Positions 36,204 through 46,299 of a stretch of DNA of 64,000 bases are shown piece by piece (the first letter of the stretch is position 1; each line of letters begins with the position of its first letter). The stretch is taken from assembly GCA_017626035.1 (NCBI GenBank), contig JAGAJR010000018.1, positions 36,329-100,328 of the forward strand. Reading direction: 5' to 3'. The DNA comes from Alphaproteobacteria bacterium (lineage in GTDB: Bacteria > Pseudomonadota > Alphaproteobacteria > RF32 > CAG-239). The notes below the pieces were generated by a model that saw only the letters and a program-made list of their open reading frames with translations, was not told where the DNA came from and ran no database searches. A program made the translations under genes and the position numbers.

Positions 36204-37274
36204 TTATTTGTTTTTCAGCTGATGCAAAACTTCTGTCGCATCATAGGTTTCAATGTATTTTTCCGCCTTTCCGGCCAAACGGTCATATTCAGCCTCCATT
36301 TTAGAAAAATCAGTTGTATATTTACTTGTATTGTTAATGATGTTTTTTATTTTTGCAAATCTAATCATCGATTTATCCGAAAGAACCCGGGCATGAGTGC
36401 AAACTTCCTGCATTTCGGCCGCATCTCCCAGACAATAACAGACGGCATCGCAGCCGGCGGCGAGAGAGGCCTGAGCTTTTTCGCCGATAGAGCCTTTTAA
36501 GGCCTTCATGTCAATCCCATCAGAAATCAGAAAACCTTCGAAACCGATAATACCCCGAATAATCGTCTGAATGGCCTTTGCCGATTGCGTAACCGGAAAT
36601 TCCGGATCAACTTCGGGAATGACAATATGGGCAGTCATTCCGGCCGGAGCGTCCTTTAATTGTTGAAACGGATAAAAGTCTTTTTCCAAATCTTTAAGCG
36701 AATAGTTCAAAACCGGAAGATTAAGGTGAGGGTCGACAGATGCTCTGCCGTGTCCCGGAATATGTTTAATGCACGGACAAATGCCGTTGCGGATGTATTC
36801 TTCAACCATTGTTTGGCCGAGCAGGGCGGTTTTCTTTTCATCGCTGCTGAAACAACGGCTGAGTAAGGCTGCCGTTGTGTTGGGAAAAGCAATGTCCAAA
36901 ACCGGAGCATAATTCCAGTTAATGCCGAGTTCTTTTAAATCCCGGCTGATAAGAGCCGCATGACAGCGGGAAGCGTTAACGGCGTCTTGCTCATCAAGAG
37001 AACCCAAATTTTTTTGCGAGAGATATGACCTGAATTCCGGTTCAACCAACCGGCGGACTCTTCCGCCTTCCTGATCCACGGCGATTAAAACGTCATCTCT
37101 GCCGATAACTTCTTTAATGGAAGAGATTAATTTTTTAAGTTGATTTTTATCTCGAATATTTGTGCCAAAAAGCGTAACTCCGATAGGATTGTAGCGGGAA
37201 AATAAATGTTTTTCGCTATCGTTCAATTCGGTTGAAGAGCAGGAGAGCATGGCGGCGAGAATTGGTTTTTCCAT
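36204..37274 (-). CDS. nagZ: Beta-N-acetylhexosaminidase NagZ (GH3)
   Basis: A 356-aa protein with the GH3 N-terminal blocks LIAVDQEGGRVRRL and KHIPGHGRASVDPH. Confidence 0.8.
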   Translation of the reverse strand: MEKPILAAMLSCSSTELNDSEKHLFSRYNPIGVTLFGTNIRDKNQLKKLISSIKEVIGRDDVLIAVDQEGGRVRRLVEPEFRSYLSQKNLGSLDEQDAVNASRCHAALISRDLKELGINWNYAPVLDIAFPNTTAALLSRCFSSDEKKTALLGQTMVEEYIRNGICPCIKHIPGHGRASVDPHLNLPVLNYSLKDLEKDFYPFQQLKDAPAGMTAHIVIPEVDPEFPVTQSAKAIQTIIRGIIGFEGFLISDGIDMKALKGSIGEKAQASLAAGCDAVCYCLGDAAEMQEVCTHARVLSDKSMIRFAKIKNIINNTSKYTTDFSKMEAEYDRLAGKAEKYIETYDATEVLHQLKNK

Positions 37275-37283
37275 AAAAGCCTC

Positions 37284-37946
37284 TTATACCAAAAAAGAAA
37301 TCAAAAATTTAGAAAAGCGAATGACATACATTCCGAAGAGATTGAGATTTACGCCGAAGCTTCTGCCGATTTCAGGAAGAATAAATGCCAGCAGGACAAG
37401 AGCGGCAAGTCCGATTCGGTCAGCATTGACATAACGGACAGCCCAAGGCTTGTCCAGCCAGCCGAACAGGATTTTGGAGCCGTCCAGAGGCGGAATAGGC
37501 AAAGCGTTGAATACGGCAAGAAAGACATTGAAAACAATCATGTTTAAGAAAAACAAACCGATAACCGCCTGAAGAAACGGATGGGAGATATATGGGGTTA
37601 AATGAAGCAAAACGGCAGAAACGGCGGCAAGCAAAAGATTCATGATAATTCCGGCCGCAGAAACCAAAATAACGTCTCTTTTCGGGTTTCTTAAAGCCTG
37701 AAAATTGACCGGAACAGGTTTTGCCCAGCCGAAAATAAAACCCGCCTTGGAAAAAATTAACAAGGCAGGCAAAATAATCGTGCCGAAATAATCAACATGT
37801 TTAATCGGGTTAAGAGATAATCTCCCCTGTCTTTTGGCCGTGTCGTCCCCTAACAGAAACGCCATGTACCCGTGAGCAATTTCATGTAGTAAAATTGCAA
37901 TCAGAACAGGAATGAAATTAACAATTAACCCGATAAACATATCCAT
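37284..37946 (-). CDS. Site-2 protease-family zinc metalloprotease (M50-like)
   Basis: A 220-aa polytopic protein with the HEIAH zinc motif in the first TM helix. Confidence 0.7.
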   Translation of the reverse strand: MDMFIGLIVNFIPVLIAILLHEIAHGYMAFLLGDDTAKRQGRLSLNPIKHVDYFGTIILPALLIFSKAGFIFGWAKPVPVNFQALRNPKRDVILVSAAGIIMNLLLAAVSAVLLHLTPYISHPFLQAVIGLFFLNMIVFNVFLAVFNALPIPPLDGSKILFGWLDKPWAVRYVNADRIGLAALVLLAFILPEIGRSFGVNLNLFGMYVIRFSKFLISFLV

Positions 37947-37947
37947 G

Positions 37948-38964
37948 TTATTTCTTCTTTACGATGCAGGAACCACCCAGAGCCTTAATGTCTTTACATA
38001 AACTGTCGGCACCGGCTCTGTCTCTGAAAGCACCGGCTTTAAGGCGGTAAAAGATACCGTCAAAGCCCAAGTCGGCTTCTTCAATTTCATGCGGTTGGTT
38101 TTTCAAAACGCCGTATTTCTTCGACAGGCTTTCCCAAGACTTGTTGACGGCGGCTTTGTTTTGAGACGACATCAACTGAACTTGCCATGAACCGACAGGA
38201 ATGTCTTTAAGTACGACGGCCGGTTTCGGAGCTTCTTTCGGAGTTTCTTGTTTAACTTCCTTTACCGGTGCCGGTTCTGGTTCCTTGACAGGTTCGGCTT
38301 TGGCTTCTTTGACAGGTTCAGGTTTCGGAGCCTCGGCAACAACTTCTTTGGAAATTTCGGCGATGCTGACAACTTTTTCGGCCGGTTCTTCTTTAACGGC
38401 AACAGCCTCTTTCACTTCAACGATTTGCTTGGCTTCGGTGATGACTTCATCCTTTTGGGCTTCGGCAATAATCTTGTCAATGGTCGGATTATCCTGAACG
38501 GCCGGAGCAGGAGCAGGCAACGGAGCCGGAATTTCAAATTCAGAAACCAGCGGCTGCTGTTGAGCCTGAATAACCGGCATTTTCGGAGCTTCAGGAGGAG
38601 GCAGGAGATTTTCGACAACCGGTTCGCCGCCGGATTTCTTTTCGATAATATCATAGACGGACTTGTCCTGATTTAAGATTTCCATACCGCCCGGTTCACT
38701 CGGCTGAACTTTAATGGCTGTCTGCGGTTTGCGAATAACCGGAATTTCAACATTGGTGTTCTGGGCATATTGAGGAGAAAGGACAAACCAACCGACAATA
38801 CCGGCCAAAGCCACACCGGACACCGCACCGATAAACACGCTTTTGGAGCGTTTCATTTCATTGCGTTTTTCTTCAAAAGCGGATGTGTCCTGAGTAGAAA
38901 TTTTCTGACGAAACTCATTTAAAAAATCATCATTTCTATTATCGTCTGGAAATTCTTGAAACAT
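37948..38964 (-). CDS. SPOR-domain protein with a Pro/Glu/Lys/Ala-rich linker
   Basis: It has an N-terminal TM helix, a low-complexity PEPVKEAKAEPVKEPEP linker and a C-terminal SPOR-like domain (SWQVQLMSSQNKAAVNKSW..YRLKAGAF). Confidence 0.55.
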   Translation of the reverse strand: MFQEFPDDNRNDDFLNEFRQKISTQDTSAFEEKRNEMKRSKSVFIGAVSGVALAGIVGWFVLSPQYAQNTNVEIPVIRKPQTAIKVQPSEPGGMEILNQDKSVYDIIEKKSGGEPVVENLLPPPEAPKMPVIQAQQQPLVSEFEIPAPLPAPAPAVQDNPTIDKIIAEAQKDEVITEAKQIVEVKEAVAVKEEPAEKVVSIAEISKEVVAEAPKPEPVKEAKAEPVKEPEPAPVKEVKQETPKEAPKPAVVLKDIPVGSWQVQLMSSQNKAAVNKSWESLSKKYGVLKNQPHEIEEADLGFDGIFYRLKAGAFRDRAGADSLCKDIKALGGSCIVKKK

Positions 38965-39048
38965 ATTAATCTCCTGTATATTAAAATATTTTTATCTTAC
39001 TATAAGCAATAAAACTTTATAATCCTTTAACAAAAGCCTTCCAACGCC

Positions 39049-40239
39049 TTAAAATCTGGTGTGCGGATCAAAAAGGCGGCGGTGTTCTTCAACGGCGGTC
39101 ATATCCGTCATTCCGGCAATATGTTCGCAGACCAGATTATAAAGTTCTTCTTCGGAAGAAAATTTTTCAATAATCGGACGATATTCCATCGGCAGAAGCT
39201 TGTAGTCCGAGACATAAGCCTGAAACAATTCCTCAACGATTCTGGTAGATTTCATATCCATCCGTGCAACATTGGTATGAGTGTAAAAATATTTTTTCAA
39301 AAATCCTCTGAGCAGTTTGATTCTTTCTGCCATTTCCGGAGAAAAATCGACAATAAATGATTTTTGCCGACGGGTGTCGTCCGGATGAGAAATTTTGAAC
39401 TTCAAAAGATTTTCCCGAGTGTTTTTGAGAATGTCAAAAATCATCTGGGCAATGGTGTTTCGGGTAATGGCATAAATCCGAAGATTATCGTCCGCATCGG
39501 GATGTTCTTTTTCAAATTTGCAGAGGATTTCATCAATAAAAGGCAGTTGTCGGAGCTGTTCAATCGTAAAGAAACCCGCCCGGAACCCGTCGTCAATATC
39601 GTGGTTGTTGTAGGCGATGTCATCGGCTGCGGCTCCGACTTGTCCTTCAAGGGACGGATAGTTTTTCAGATCCAAATCAAACTTTTTGTTAAATTCTCGC
39701 AGATAAGAATTGGAAACTTTTTTAATCGGCCCGTTGTGTTTGACGGTTCCTTCCAAGGTTTCCCAAGTCAGATTCAAACCGTTAAATTCCGGATAGTGAA
39801 CTTCCAGCTTGGTCATAATTTTAAGAGATTGGATATTATGGTCAAACCCACCGTATTTTTTCATGGAATTTTGCAGGCCGCGTTCTCCGGCGTGCCCGAA
39901 AGGAGAATGACCCAAATCATGGGCGAGGGCAATGGCTTCCCCGAGTTCTTCGTTAAGACAAAGGCTTTTGCAAATGGTGCGGGTAATCTGTGCGACTTCA
40001 ATGCTGTGCGTCAGACGGGTGCGGTAGTTTTTGCCCTCGTGATAAGCAAACACCTGTGTTTTTCCGTCAAGCTTGCGAAAGGCTGAAGAATGGATTAAGC
40101 GGTCCCGGTCGCGTTGAAAAGGGGAACGGATGATGTTGGTAAAGTCTGGATAAAGGCGTCCGTGGCTTTGTTCGGGATGAACGGCGTATTTTGCAAGTTC
40201 CATATTTTTAGCTTTCAATAATTTTATTTTCAGATACAA
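39049..40239 (-). CDS. dgt: dGTP triphosphohydrolase-like HD-domain protein
   Basis: A 396-aa protein with HD-domain motifs RLTHSIEVAQI and LAHDLGHSPFGHAGE. Confidence 0.85.
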   Translation of the reverse strand: MYLKIKLLKAKNMELAKYAVHPEQSHGRLYPDFTNIIRSPFQRDRDRLIHSSAFRKLDGKTQVFAYHEGKNYRTRLTHSIEVAQITRTICKSLCLNEELGEAIALAHDLGHSPFGHAGERGLQNSMKKYGGFDHNIQSLKIMTKLEVHYPEFNGLNLTWETLEGTVKHNGPIKKVSNSYLREFNKKFDLDLKNYPSLEGQVGAAADDIAYNNHDIDDGFRAGFFTIEQLRQLPFIDEILCKFEKEHPDADDNLRIYAITRNTIAQMIFDILKNTRENLLKFKISHPDDTRRQKSFIVDFSPEMAERIKLLRGFLKKYFYTHTNVARMDMKSTRIVEELFQAYVSDYKLLPMEYRPIIEKFSSEEELYNLVCEHIAGMTDMTAVEEHRRLFDPHTRF

Positions 40240-40268
40240 TACATTAAATTTAACAATAAAGGTATAAA

Positions 40269-41060
40269 ATGAAAATAGCGACTTATAATGTAAATTCCGT
40301 TAACGCCCGTATGGAAAATTTGACGGACTGGCTGCAAAAATCCAATCCCGATGTTGTTTTGCTGCAGGAGATTAAAACGGAATTTAATTCTTTTCCGTTT
40401 TTTGACTTTCAGCTTCTGGGATATGATGCCAAAATTCTGGGGCAAAAAAGTTATAACGGAGTTGCCGTTTTAAGCCGCCATAAAATGACGCTTGTCCATG
40501 AGGGGCTGCCGGGTTTTGCGGACGAAAATTCAAGATATTTGGAAGTCATGGTCGATGTAAAAGGCGAAAAATTTCGGGTCGCGTCAATATATATGCCGAA
40601 CGGAAACCCGCCGTATAACAATCCCGATGATAATTCAAAGTTTGAGTATAAGCTGAAATGGATGGAAGCTTTTTATAATCATGTCGCAGAATTGGTAAAA
40701 ACGCGTGAGCCGATTGTTCTCGGCGGCGATTTTAATGTGATTATGACGGATAATGACGTTTACGACAAAAGCCTGTTCATTAACAATGCTCTGTTTCGGG
40801 AAGAGGTAAAACAACGCTTGAAAGCGGTCGAGTATCTGGGTTTTTATGACGCTTATCGGGCGTTGCACCCCGAAACGACGGGATATACTTATTGGGATTA
40901 TGCCGGCAATGCTTTGCAGCTGGATTTCGGTATGCGGATAGATTATCTGTTTATGTCCCCGGTTGCCGCAGACAGATTGTTGTCCTGCGAGGTGGATAAA
41001 ACGCCGAGACAAGGGAACAAGCCATCGGATCATACGGCTTTGGTTGTGGAATTGAGATAA
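40269..41060 (+). CDS. xthA: Exodeoxyribonuclease III
   Basis: A 263-aa protein. MKIATYNVNSVNAR at the N-terminus, with a catalytic SDH near the C-terminus. Confidence 0.9.
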   Translation: MKIATYNVNSVNARMENLTDWLQKSNPDVVLLQEIKTEFNSFPFFDFQLLGYDAKILGQKSYNGVAVLSRHKMTLVHEGLPGFADENSRYLEVMVDVKGEKFRVASIYMPNGNPPYNNPDDNSKFEYKLKWMEAFYNHVAELVKTREPIVLGGDFNVIMTDNDVYDKSLFINNALFREEVKQRLKAVEYLGFYDAYRALHPETTGYTYWDYAGNALQLDFGMRIDYLFMSPVAADRLLSCEVDKTPRQGNKPSDHTALVVELR

Positions 41061-41061
41061 A

Positions 41062-43173
41062 ATGAAAAAGAACAAAGTAAAAAAGCAAGGCTTGCTTCCG
41101 GAAAACTGCCTTTTGGAAGTGAACGGCGAGAGCGGTTTCGGAGATTTGACGGCAGTAACGTCTGACCGGGGCGACAATCCTCAGAATTACAAAATCTATG
41201 TGCTGGAAAACAAAAAGATTAAACCGGCATTGCAGCAGGGCGACAAGTTTCTGGCCAAGCTGATTTTCAAACGCGGAGCCTGGTGGGCAAAACCGATTGC
41301 CCGAACTTCCGTCTCCGGCGGACAGACAGAAAAAATCTATGGTGTGATTGAAAAGCGGGACGGAAAATATTTTCTCAAATCAACGGAAAAAAATGCCCGT
41401 ATGGATTATCTGCTGGATAATGTCGGCAAAACCAAAGAGGGGGATTTTGTCAGCGTTATGCTGAGCGGAGAGAGAAAATTTAAAGAAGCCCGTATTCTCA
41501 AAAGTTTCGGCCCGTTCAACTTAAGCAAGGCCGCATCTGTCTTAGTCTTGGAAAAATATGATATTCCGGATGTCTTTTCCGACAAGGTGCTGAAAGAGGC
41601 GGAACATTCTCCGGACTTTAACCGCCGGGAACGGGAAGATATTACCGCACTTCCTTTGGTAACGATAGACGGGGATGATTCTAAAGATTTTGACGATGCC
41701 GTCTATGCCGAAAAAACGGAAACCGGATTTAATCTGGTCGTGGCGATTGCCGATGTGGCGTTTTATGTGCCTTATTTCAGCGAATTAGACAGGGAAGCGT
41801 ATAAACGCGGCAATTCGGTTTATCTGCCGAATATGGTTATTCCGATGCTGCCGGAAAAATTATCCAATGATTTATGCTCTCTGCGTCCGAAAGTGGAAAG
41901 GGCTTGCCTGGCGTGCTTTATGAAAATAGACAAGGACGGAAATCTGAAAAGTTATGATTTTAAACGGGCGGTGATGAAGTCGGCGGCTCGTCTGACTTAT
42001 CGCGAAGTTCAGGAAGCCATTGACGGAAAATTCAACAATAATACCGTCGGTCTGTTCAAGGCGGTTATCCAACCTCTGTATGAAGCTTATTTTGCTTTGG
42101 ACAAAGCTCGGAAAAAACGCGGTTCTCTTGAGATTGAACCGAACGAAATTACCGTGAAACTGGATAAAAACGGCAATGTGAAGTCTGTGGAGAAAGCGGA
42201 AGATTTTACCAGCTGCCGGATTATCGAAGAATTTATGATTGCGGCCAATGTCGCTGCCGCCAAAGCTTTGAAAAAGAGCAAACTTCCGGTAATGTATCGG
42301 GTGCATGAAAAGCCTTTGGAGGAAAAATTAAAAGAGTTGGAGCCGCTGCTGTTTGATTTGCATTTGAAACTTCCGGATTATCCGGCTTTGAAACCGGAGC
42401 ATTTGAATAAAGTTTTGGAACTTTGTCGGGCTAAGGAATACGGAGCCGGAATCAGCGATTTGATTTTGCGTTTGCAGTGCCAGGCAAAATATACACCGCA
42501 TAATGTCGGCCATTTCGGATTGGCGTTGACGGATTATGTTCATTTTACCTCGCCGATACGACGTTATTCCGACCTGTTGATACACCGGGCGTTGATAAAA
42601 GCTTATAACATGCCTGAACCGGGAGCCTTGGATGACGGAGCAACGGAAAAGCTGTTTGAAGACATCGGCGAACATTTGTGTGTAACCGAAAGAAGAGCCG
42701 TCAATGCCGAAAGAGATATGGTTGCCCGTTTTCTGTCTTCTTATTTGGAACCGTCCGTCGGCGGAGATTTTGATGTGAAAATCAGCGGTCTGACAACCGC
42801 CGGCGTTTTTGTTCAGGTGGAAAGCCTCGGAGCGGAAGGGCTGATTCCGATGCGGTCGCTTCCGGATGACGATTATGTTTTGGAAGCCGGAGGCAGCCGG
42901 ATGAAAGGAGCGGTAAACGGACGCTGTTTTATCTTCGGAGATAAAATTAAAGCTCGTCTGCTTGAAGCTTCGCCAATAACTGGTGGATTAATTTTTAAAT
43001 TTGTGGATGAAACCGAAGGCGTCGATTATTATGAAAAAGGCGTTGGTCGGATGTTTTCTGCTCGCAAGCCGCAGAAACGGAAAATGCCGAAGCCGGAACG
43101 CAAGAAAAAGCTTAAAGAAAAAAATAAACAAAAGAAAAACAAAGAGAAAAAGACAAAGACCAAGAAAAAATGA
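41062..43173 (+). CDS. rnr: Ribonuclease R
   Basis: A 703-aa protein with an RNB domain (HFGLALTDYVHFTSPIRRYSDLLIHR), an S1 domain and a Lys-rich C-terminal tail. Confidence 0.9.
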   Translation: MKKNKVKKQGLLPENCLLEVNGESGFGDLTAVTSDRGDNPQNYKIYVLENKKIKPALQQGDKFLAKLIFKRGAWWAKPIARTSVSGGQTEKIYGVIEKRDGKYFLKSTEKNARMDYLLDNVGKTKEGDFVSVMLSGERKFKEARILKSFGPFNLSKAASVLVLEKYDIPDVFSDKVLKEAEHSPDFNRREREDITALPLVTIDGDDSKDFDDAVYAEKTETGFNLVVAIADVAFYVPYFSELDREAYKRGNSVYLPNMVIPMLPEKLSNDLCSLRPKVERACLACFMKIDKDGNLKSYDFKRAVMKSAARLTYREVQEAIDGKFNNNTVGLFKAVIQPLYEAYFALDKARKKRGSLEIEPNEITVKLDKNGNVKSVEKAEDFTSCRIIEEFMIAANVAAAKALKKSKLPVMYRVHEKPLEEKLKELEPLLFDLHLKLPDYPALKPEHLNKVLELCRAKEYGAGISDLILRLQCQAKYTPHNVGHFGLALTDYVHFTSPIRRYSDLLIHRALIKAYNMPEPGALDDGATEKLFEDIGEHLCVTERRAVNAERDMVARFLSSYLEPSVGGDFDVKISGLTTAGVFVQVESLGAEGLIPMRSLPDDDYVLEAGGSRMKGAVNGRCFIFGDKIKARLLEASPITGGLIFKFVDETEGVDYYEKGVGRMFSARKPQKRKMPKPERKKKLKEKNKQKKNKEKKTKTKKK

Positions 43174-44273
43174 AATTAACCGGATACATATTTTTATCAA
43201 TGTTGTTTTTCACGTTTTCCGCTCATGCCGGAGACGGTGCCGTACTGCACCGGATTTATCAAACGGTGGCGGATGAGTATATTGAACCGGTTGCGGTGGG
43301 AGATTTTGCCCCTCTGTGCTTAAAAGGGCTGGGAAAAATGGATAAGAAGCTGCGGATTGCGGATGACGGCAGCCGCGTTTCGGTTTATTACGGAACAACG
43401 TTTGTCAAAGGAGTTCTCAAACCGGAAGACAAAAAGGATATTGACGCTTGGGTAAAGTTGAGCCTGGATGTGATGTCTGCCGCCCGCAAAGCTTCTCCGG
43501 AAATAAATCGCCGTGATTTTGAAATGGTCGATTATATGATGGTTGAGGGTTTTCCGGCACTGGATGCTGACTCCAAATATTATCCTGATTTGGACATAAC
43601 CGGAGAGAAAAACAAAAAAACGAAACGTTATTTTTATGACCGGATGATAGATGATGTTTTATACATTAAAGCCGGAGCCATTAATCAGTATACAGGCAAA
43701 AACCTTGAAGACAGCTTGAAAAAAAATAAGGAAATCTCAGGACTGATTTTGGATTTGCGGGGCAGCCCGGGAGGAATGTTGAGTGAAGCCGTAAAAATTG
43801 CGGGCTTGTTTTTGGATGAAGGGATTATCGTTTCCACTCAGGGTAGGAGCGGCGACAGCATTAAATTTTACAATGCCGAAGAGGGAGATATTTTGGAAGG
43901 CCGTCCGATTGTGATTTTGATTGACGGGCAGACGGCATCTTCGGCGGAAGTTATCGCTTCCAGCCTTAAAGAGCAGGGGCGGGCCAAGGTTGTCGGAACT
44001 CGGAGTTTTGGCAAGGGAACGGTGCAGACCCTGAAAAAATTCGACAATGACAGTGAAGCAGCTTTGACCAACGCCTATTTTTATACGCCGTCCGGTTATA
44101 AAATTGACAAGACCGGCGTTTATCCGGATTTGTGCACGGCCGGAATGTTGGAAACCACACCGTTGGAAAAGATTCTGCCCAGATTGGGAATTTATGAAAC
44201 TTGCGAACGCGAAAACCGTGAAAATATGAACATAGATGTTGATGCGGCGGTGGCTTTAATTCAAGAAAAATAA
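43170..44273 (+). CDS. S41-family C-terminal processing peptidase-like protein
   Basis: A 367-aa protein with a signal peptide. S41 catalytic blocks LDLRGSPGG and GTRSFGKGTVQ are present. Confidence 0.7.
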   Translation: MKLTGYIFLSMLFFTFSAHAGDGAVLHRIYQTVADEYIEPVAVGDFAPLCLKGLGKMDKKLRIADDGSRVSVYYGTTFVKGVLKPEDKKDIDAWVKLSLDVMSAARKASPEINRRDFEMVDYMMVEGFPALDADSKYYPDLDITGEKNKKTKRYFYDRMIDDVLYIKAGAINQYTGKNLEDSLKKNKEISGLILDLRGSPGGMLSEAVKIAGLFLDEGIIVSTQGRSGDSIKFYNAEEGDILEGRPIVILIDGQTASSAEVIASSLKEQGRAKVVGTRSFGKGTVQTLKKFDNDSEAALTNAYFYTPSGYKIDKTGVYPDLCTAGMLETTPLEKILPRLGIYETCERENRENMNIDVDAAVALIQEK

Positions 44274-44333
44274 GTTTAAAAAGCAAAGAGCCCGGGTCAT
44301 TTGTTGACCGGGGCTCATTTTTTTGCCGAGAGT

Positions 44334-44675
44334 TTAATCGCTTTCTTTCACCCAGTAGTACATTCGGCGGCAGATGAGTGCGACAATGCCGACGATGAAA
44401 ATACGGAAGATCATCCAACCGCCATGTGCGGGAAGGTCTTCAATCTGGATGCCGGAGCAGATTTCCGTCAGCATAATCGATCCAAAGTAGCCGGCAATGT
44501 AAAACATTCCTACTGATAAGAATAGGGCCTGCCATGCCACTTTTTTGAGTTGCTTCATGATGAAGTTCCCGGCGGCTGCGGCATAAGGTTCGCAGAAGCG
44601 AAGGAACTGCTTGATGATAGCTACGATGTTGGATACGAGTTCATTTTTGCTGGTTTTGTTTACGATTGCATTCAT
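44334..44675 (-). CDS. Hypothetical membrane protein (113 aa)
   Basis: Two C-terminal TM helices. It lies between a terminator and an AT-rich gap. Confidence 0.35.
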   Translation of the reverse strand: MNAIVNKTSKNELVSNIVAIIKQFLRFCEPYAAAAGNFIMKQLKKVAWQALFLSVGMFYIAGYFGSIMLTEICSGIQIEDLPAHGGWMIFRIFIVGIVALICRRMYYWVKESD

Positions 44676-44952
44676 TGTTATTGAGTTTTAATTGTTTGAC
44701 ATACTTGCAAAAGATACTGTACCGGAAGAGAAAACTCTCTTTTTTTACATTTAATGGGCACAATAATCTTTGAAACTAAAATGAATCATATCATAAAAAG
44801 ATAATTACTGCAATGGACAAAATTATGAAAAATTTGTAACAAGATGCAAAATATTGAATAATTGCTGTTAAAATATGGTTGACAATCGGCTGAAAAAATG
44901 TATATTACGCCTAAATGTTTAAATAATAACCTAAATTAAAGAGTATAAAAAA

Positions 44953-45120
44953 ATGGCAAAAGCAGTAAAAGTTAAAGTAAAATTGGAAAGTACAGCCGGT
45001 ACGGGAACATTTTATCTTGCTGAAAAGAATCCTAGAACTCATCCGGAAAAATTGTCTTTGAAAAAATATGACAAGAAATCTAAAAAACACGAAGAGTTCG
45101 TAGAAAAGAAATTGAAGTAA
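44953..45120 (+). CDS. rpmG: 50S ribosomal protein L33
   Basis: This ORF is not in the ORF track because it is shorter than 60 aa. Translated by hand it reads MAKAVKVKVKLESTAGTGTFYLAEKNPRTHPEKLSLKKYDKKSKKHEEFVEKKLK, which matches the L33 consensus. An intrinsic terminator follows at about 45148-45176. Confidence 0.85.
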   Translation: MAKAVKVKVKLESTAGTGTFYLAEKNPRTHPEKLSLKKYDKKSKKHEEFVEKKLK

Positions 45121-45246
45121 CAGATTCTTCTCAAGTGCACGATTTACAAAGGTACCGGTTTTCGGTACCTTTTTTGTTTGCTTTGTCCCGCCGTTCAGGC
45201 AATGCGGAAAGTTATGTTGAAGCCGGCACGCCTTTCGGGCAGGATT

Positions 45247-46191
45247 TTAACTGTCGAGAATTTTAGCCTTTTCGTATTCTTTATGCAGTTTTTCGATTTG
45301 AACATCGGTATATCGCTGGGTGGTGGTTAGGGACGCATGCCCCAGCAGTTCCTGAATGGAACGCAAGTCGGTCCCTTCGGCTAACAGGTGGGTGGCAAAA
45401 GAATGCCGCAGAGCGTGAGGCGTTAAGTTGTCAGGGAGGCCTAAATACGCTCGGATTTTTTGCATCTGCCTTTGAATAATTCGTGGACTTAAACGCTCTC
45501 CTCGTGCCCCTAAAAACAAAGCATCACCATTTTTCAAATGATAAGGGCATTCGTTAAGGTAAGCATTGATGTTTTCGATAATGACCGGCAATAAAGGCAC
45601 AATTCTTGTTTTATTACCTTTTCCTTTGATTCGCACGAAGTCGTTATTGGTAATATCGCCGATATTTAAGGAAAGGGCTTCGGAAATACGCAGGCCGCAC
45701 CCGTATAAAAGGGTAAAAATGGCTTTATCCCGAAGTCCCTGCCACGAATTTTTTTCCCAAAACTCGGATTCTTTCAAAAATTTGAATGTGTCGTCCACGT
45801 CCATGGCTTTGGGCAGGACTTTCGGCCGCCGCGGCGATGAAATAATCGAAATGGCGGAGTTTTTAACAATATCGTTGCGATCCAGCCATTTAAAAAAGTT
45901 TTTAACGGCGGAAATTCCTCTGGCAATGGAAGATTTCTCAAGATATCTGCCTGCCCGGTAACTGAGATAGCCGCGAAAATCCCGAACGTCAATTTTTCCC
46001 AAATCGGCAACGGAAATTTTTTCATCATTAAAGAAACCGAAAAACTCGGACAAATCCCGAAAATACGCATCCAGCGTGTGTTCGGAATAACGCCGTTCGT
46101 TTTTGAGCCAGTCTTGCCATTGGTGAATTAAATTTTTTACGTCCGCCCCGGCAATATATTTAATCTCTGTTTTCATACCCCCAGAATACAA
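45247..46191 (-). CDS. Tyrosine recombinase XerC/XerD family
   Basis: A 314-aa protein. The catalytic region LRHSFATHLLAEGTDLRSIQELLGHASLTTTQRYT carries the RHRY-type residues. Confidence 0.8.
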   Translation of the reverse strand: MYSGGMKTEIKYIAGADVKNLIHQWQDWLKNERRYSEHTLDAYFRDLSEFFGFFNDEKISVADLGKIDVRDFRGYLSYRAGRYLEKSSIARGISAVKNFFKWLDRNDIVKNSAISIISSPRRPKVLPKAMDVDDTFKFLKESEFWEKNSWQGLRDKAIFTLLYGCGLRISEALSLNIGDITNNDFVRIKGKGNKTRIVPLLPVIIENINAYLNECPYHLKNGDALFLGARGERLSPRIIQRQMQKIRAYLGLPDNLTPHALRHSFATHLLAEGTDLRSIQELLGHASLTTTQRYTDVQIEKLHKEYEKAKILDS

Positions 46192-46299
46192 CAGGCTTGT
46201 TTAAATTTTGGTATATAATCTGTGAGTTATTTTCCTAAGGGGTTTGTCCTTTGTTTGTTTGGCTGTTATGATAAGCGGGTCTGAAAAAGAGAGGATTTT

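Noticed and set aside
43050-43173. Lys-rich C-terminal tail of RNase R as an unusual feature
   Set aside because: A basic C-terminal tail is a normal feature of bacterial RNase R.
44334-44675. 113-aa membrane protein as SecE/SecG or an ATP synthase accessory subunit
   Set aside because: No diagnostic motif could be matched by eye, and the context (between an S41 peptidase and rpmG) is uninformative. It is left as hypothetical.
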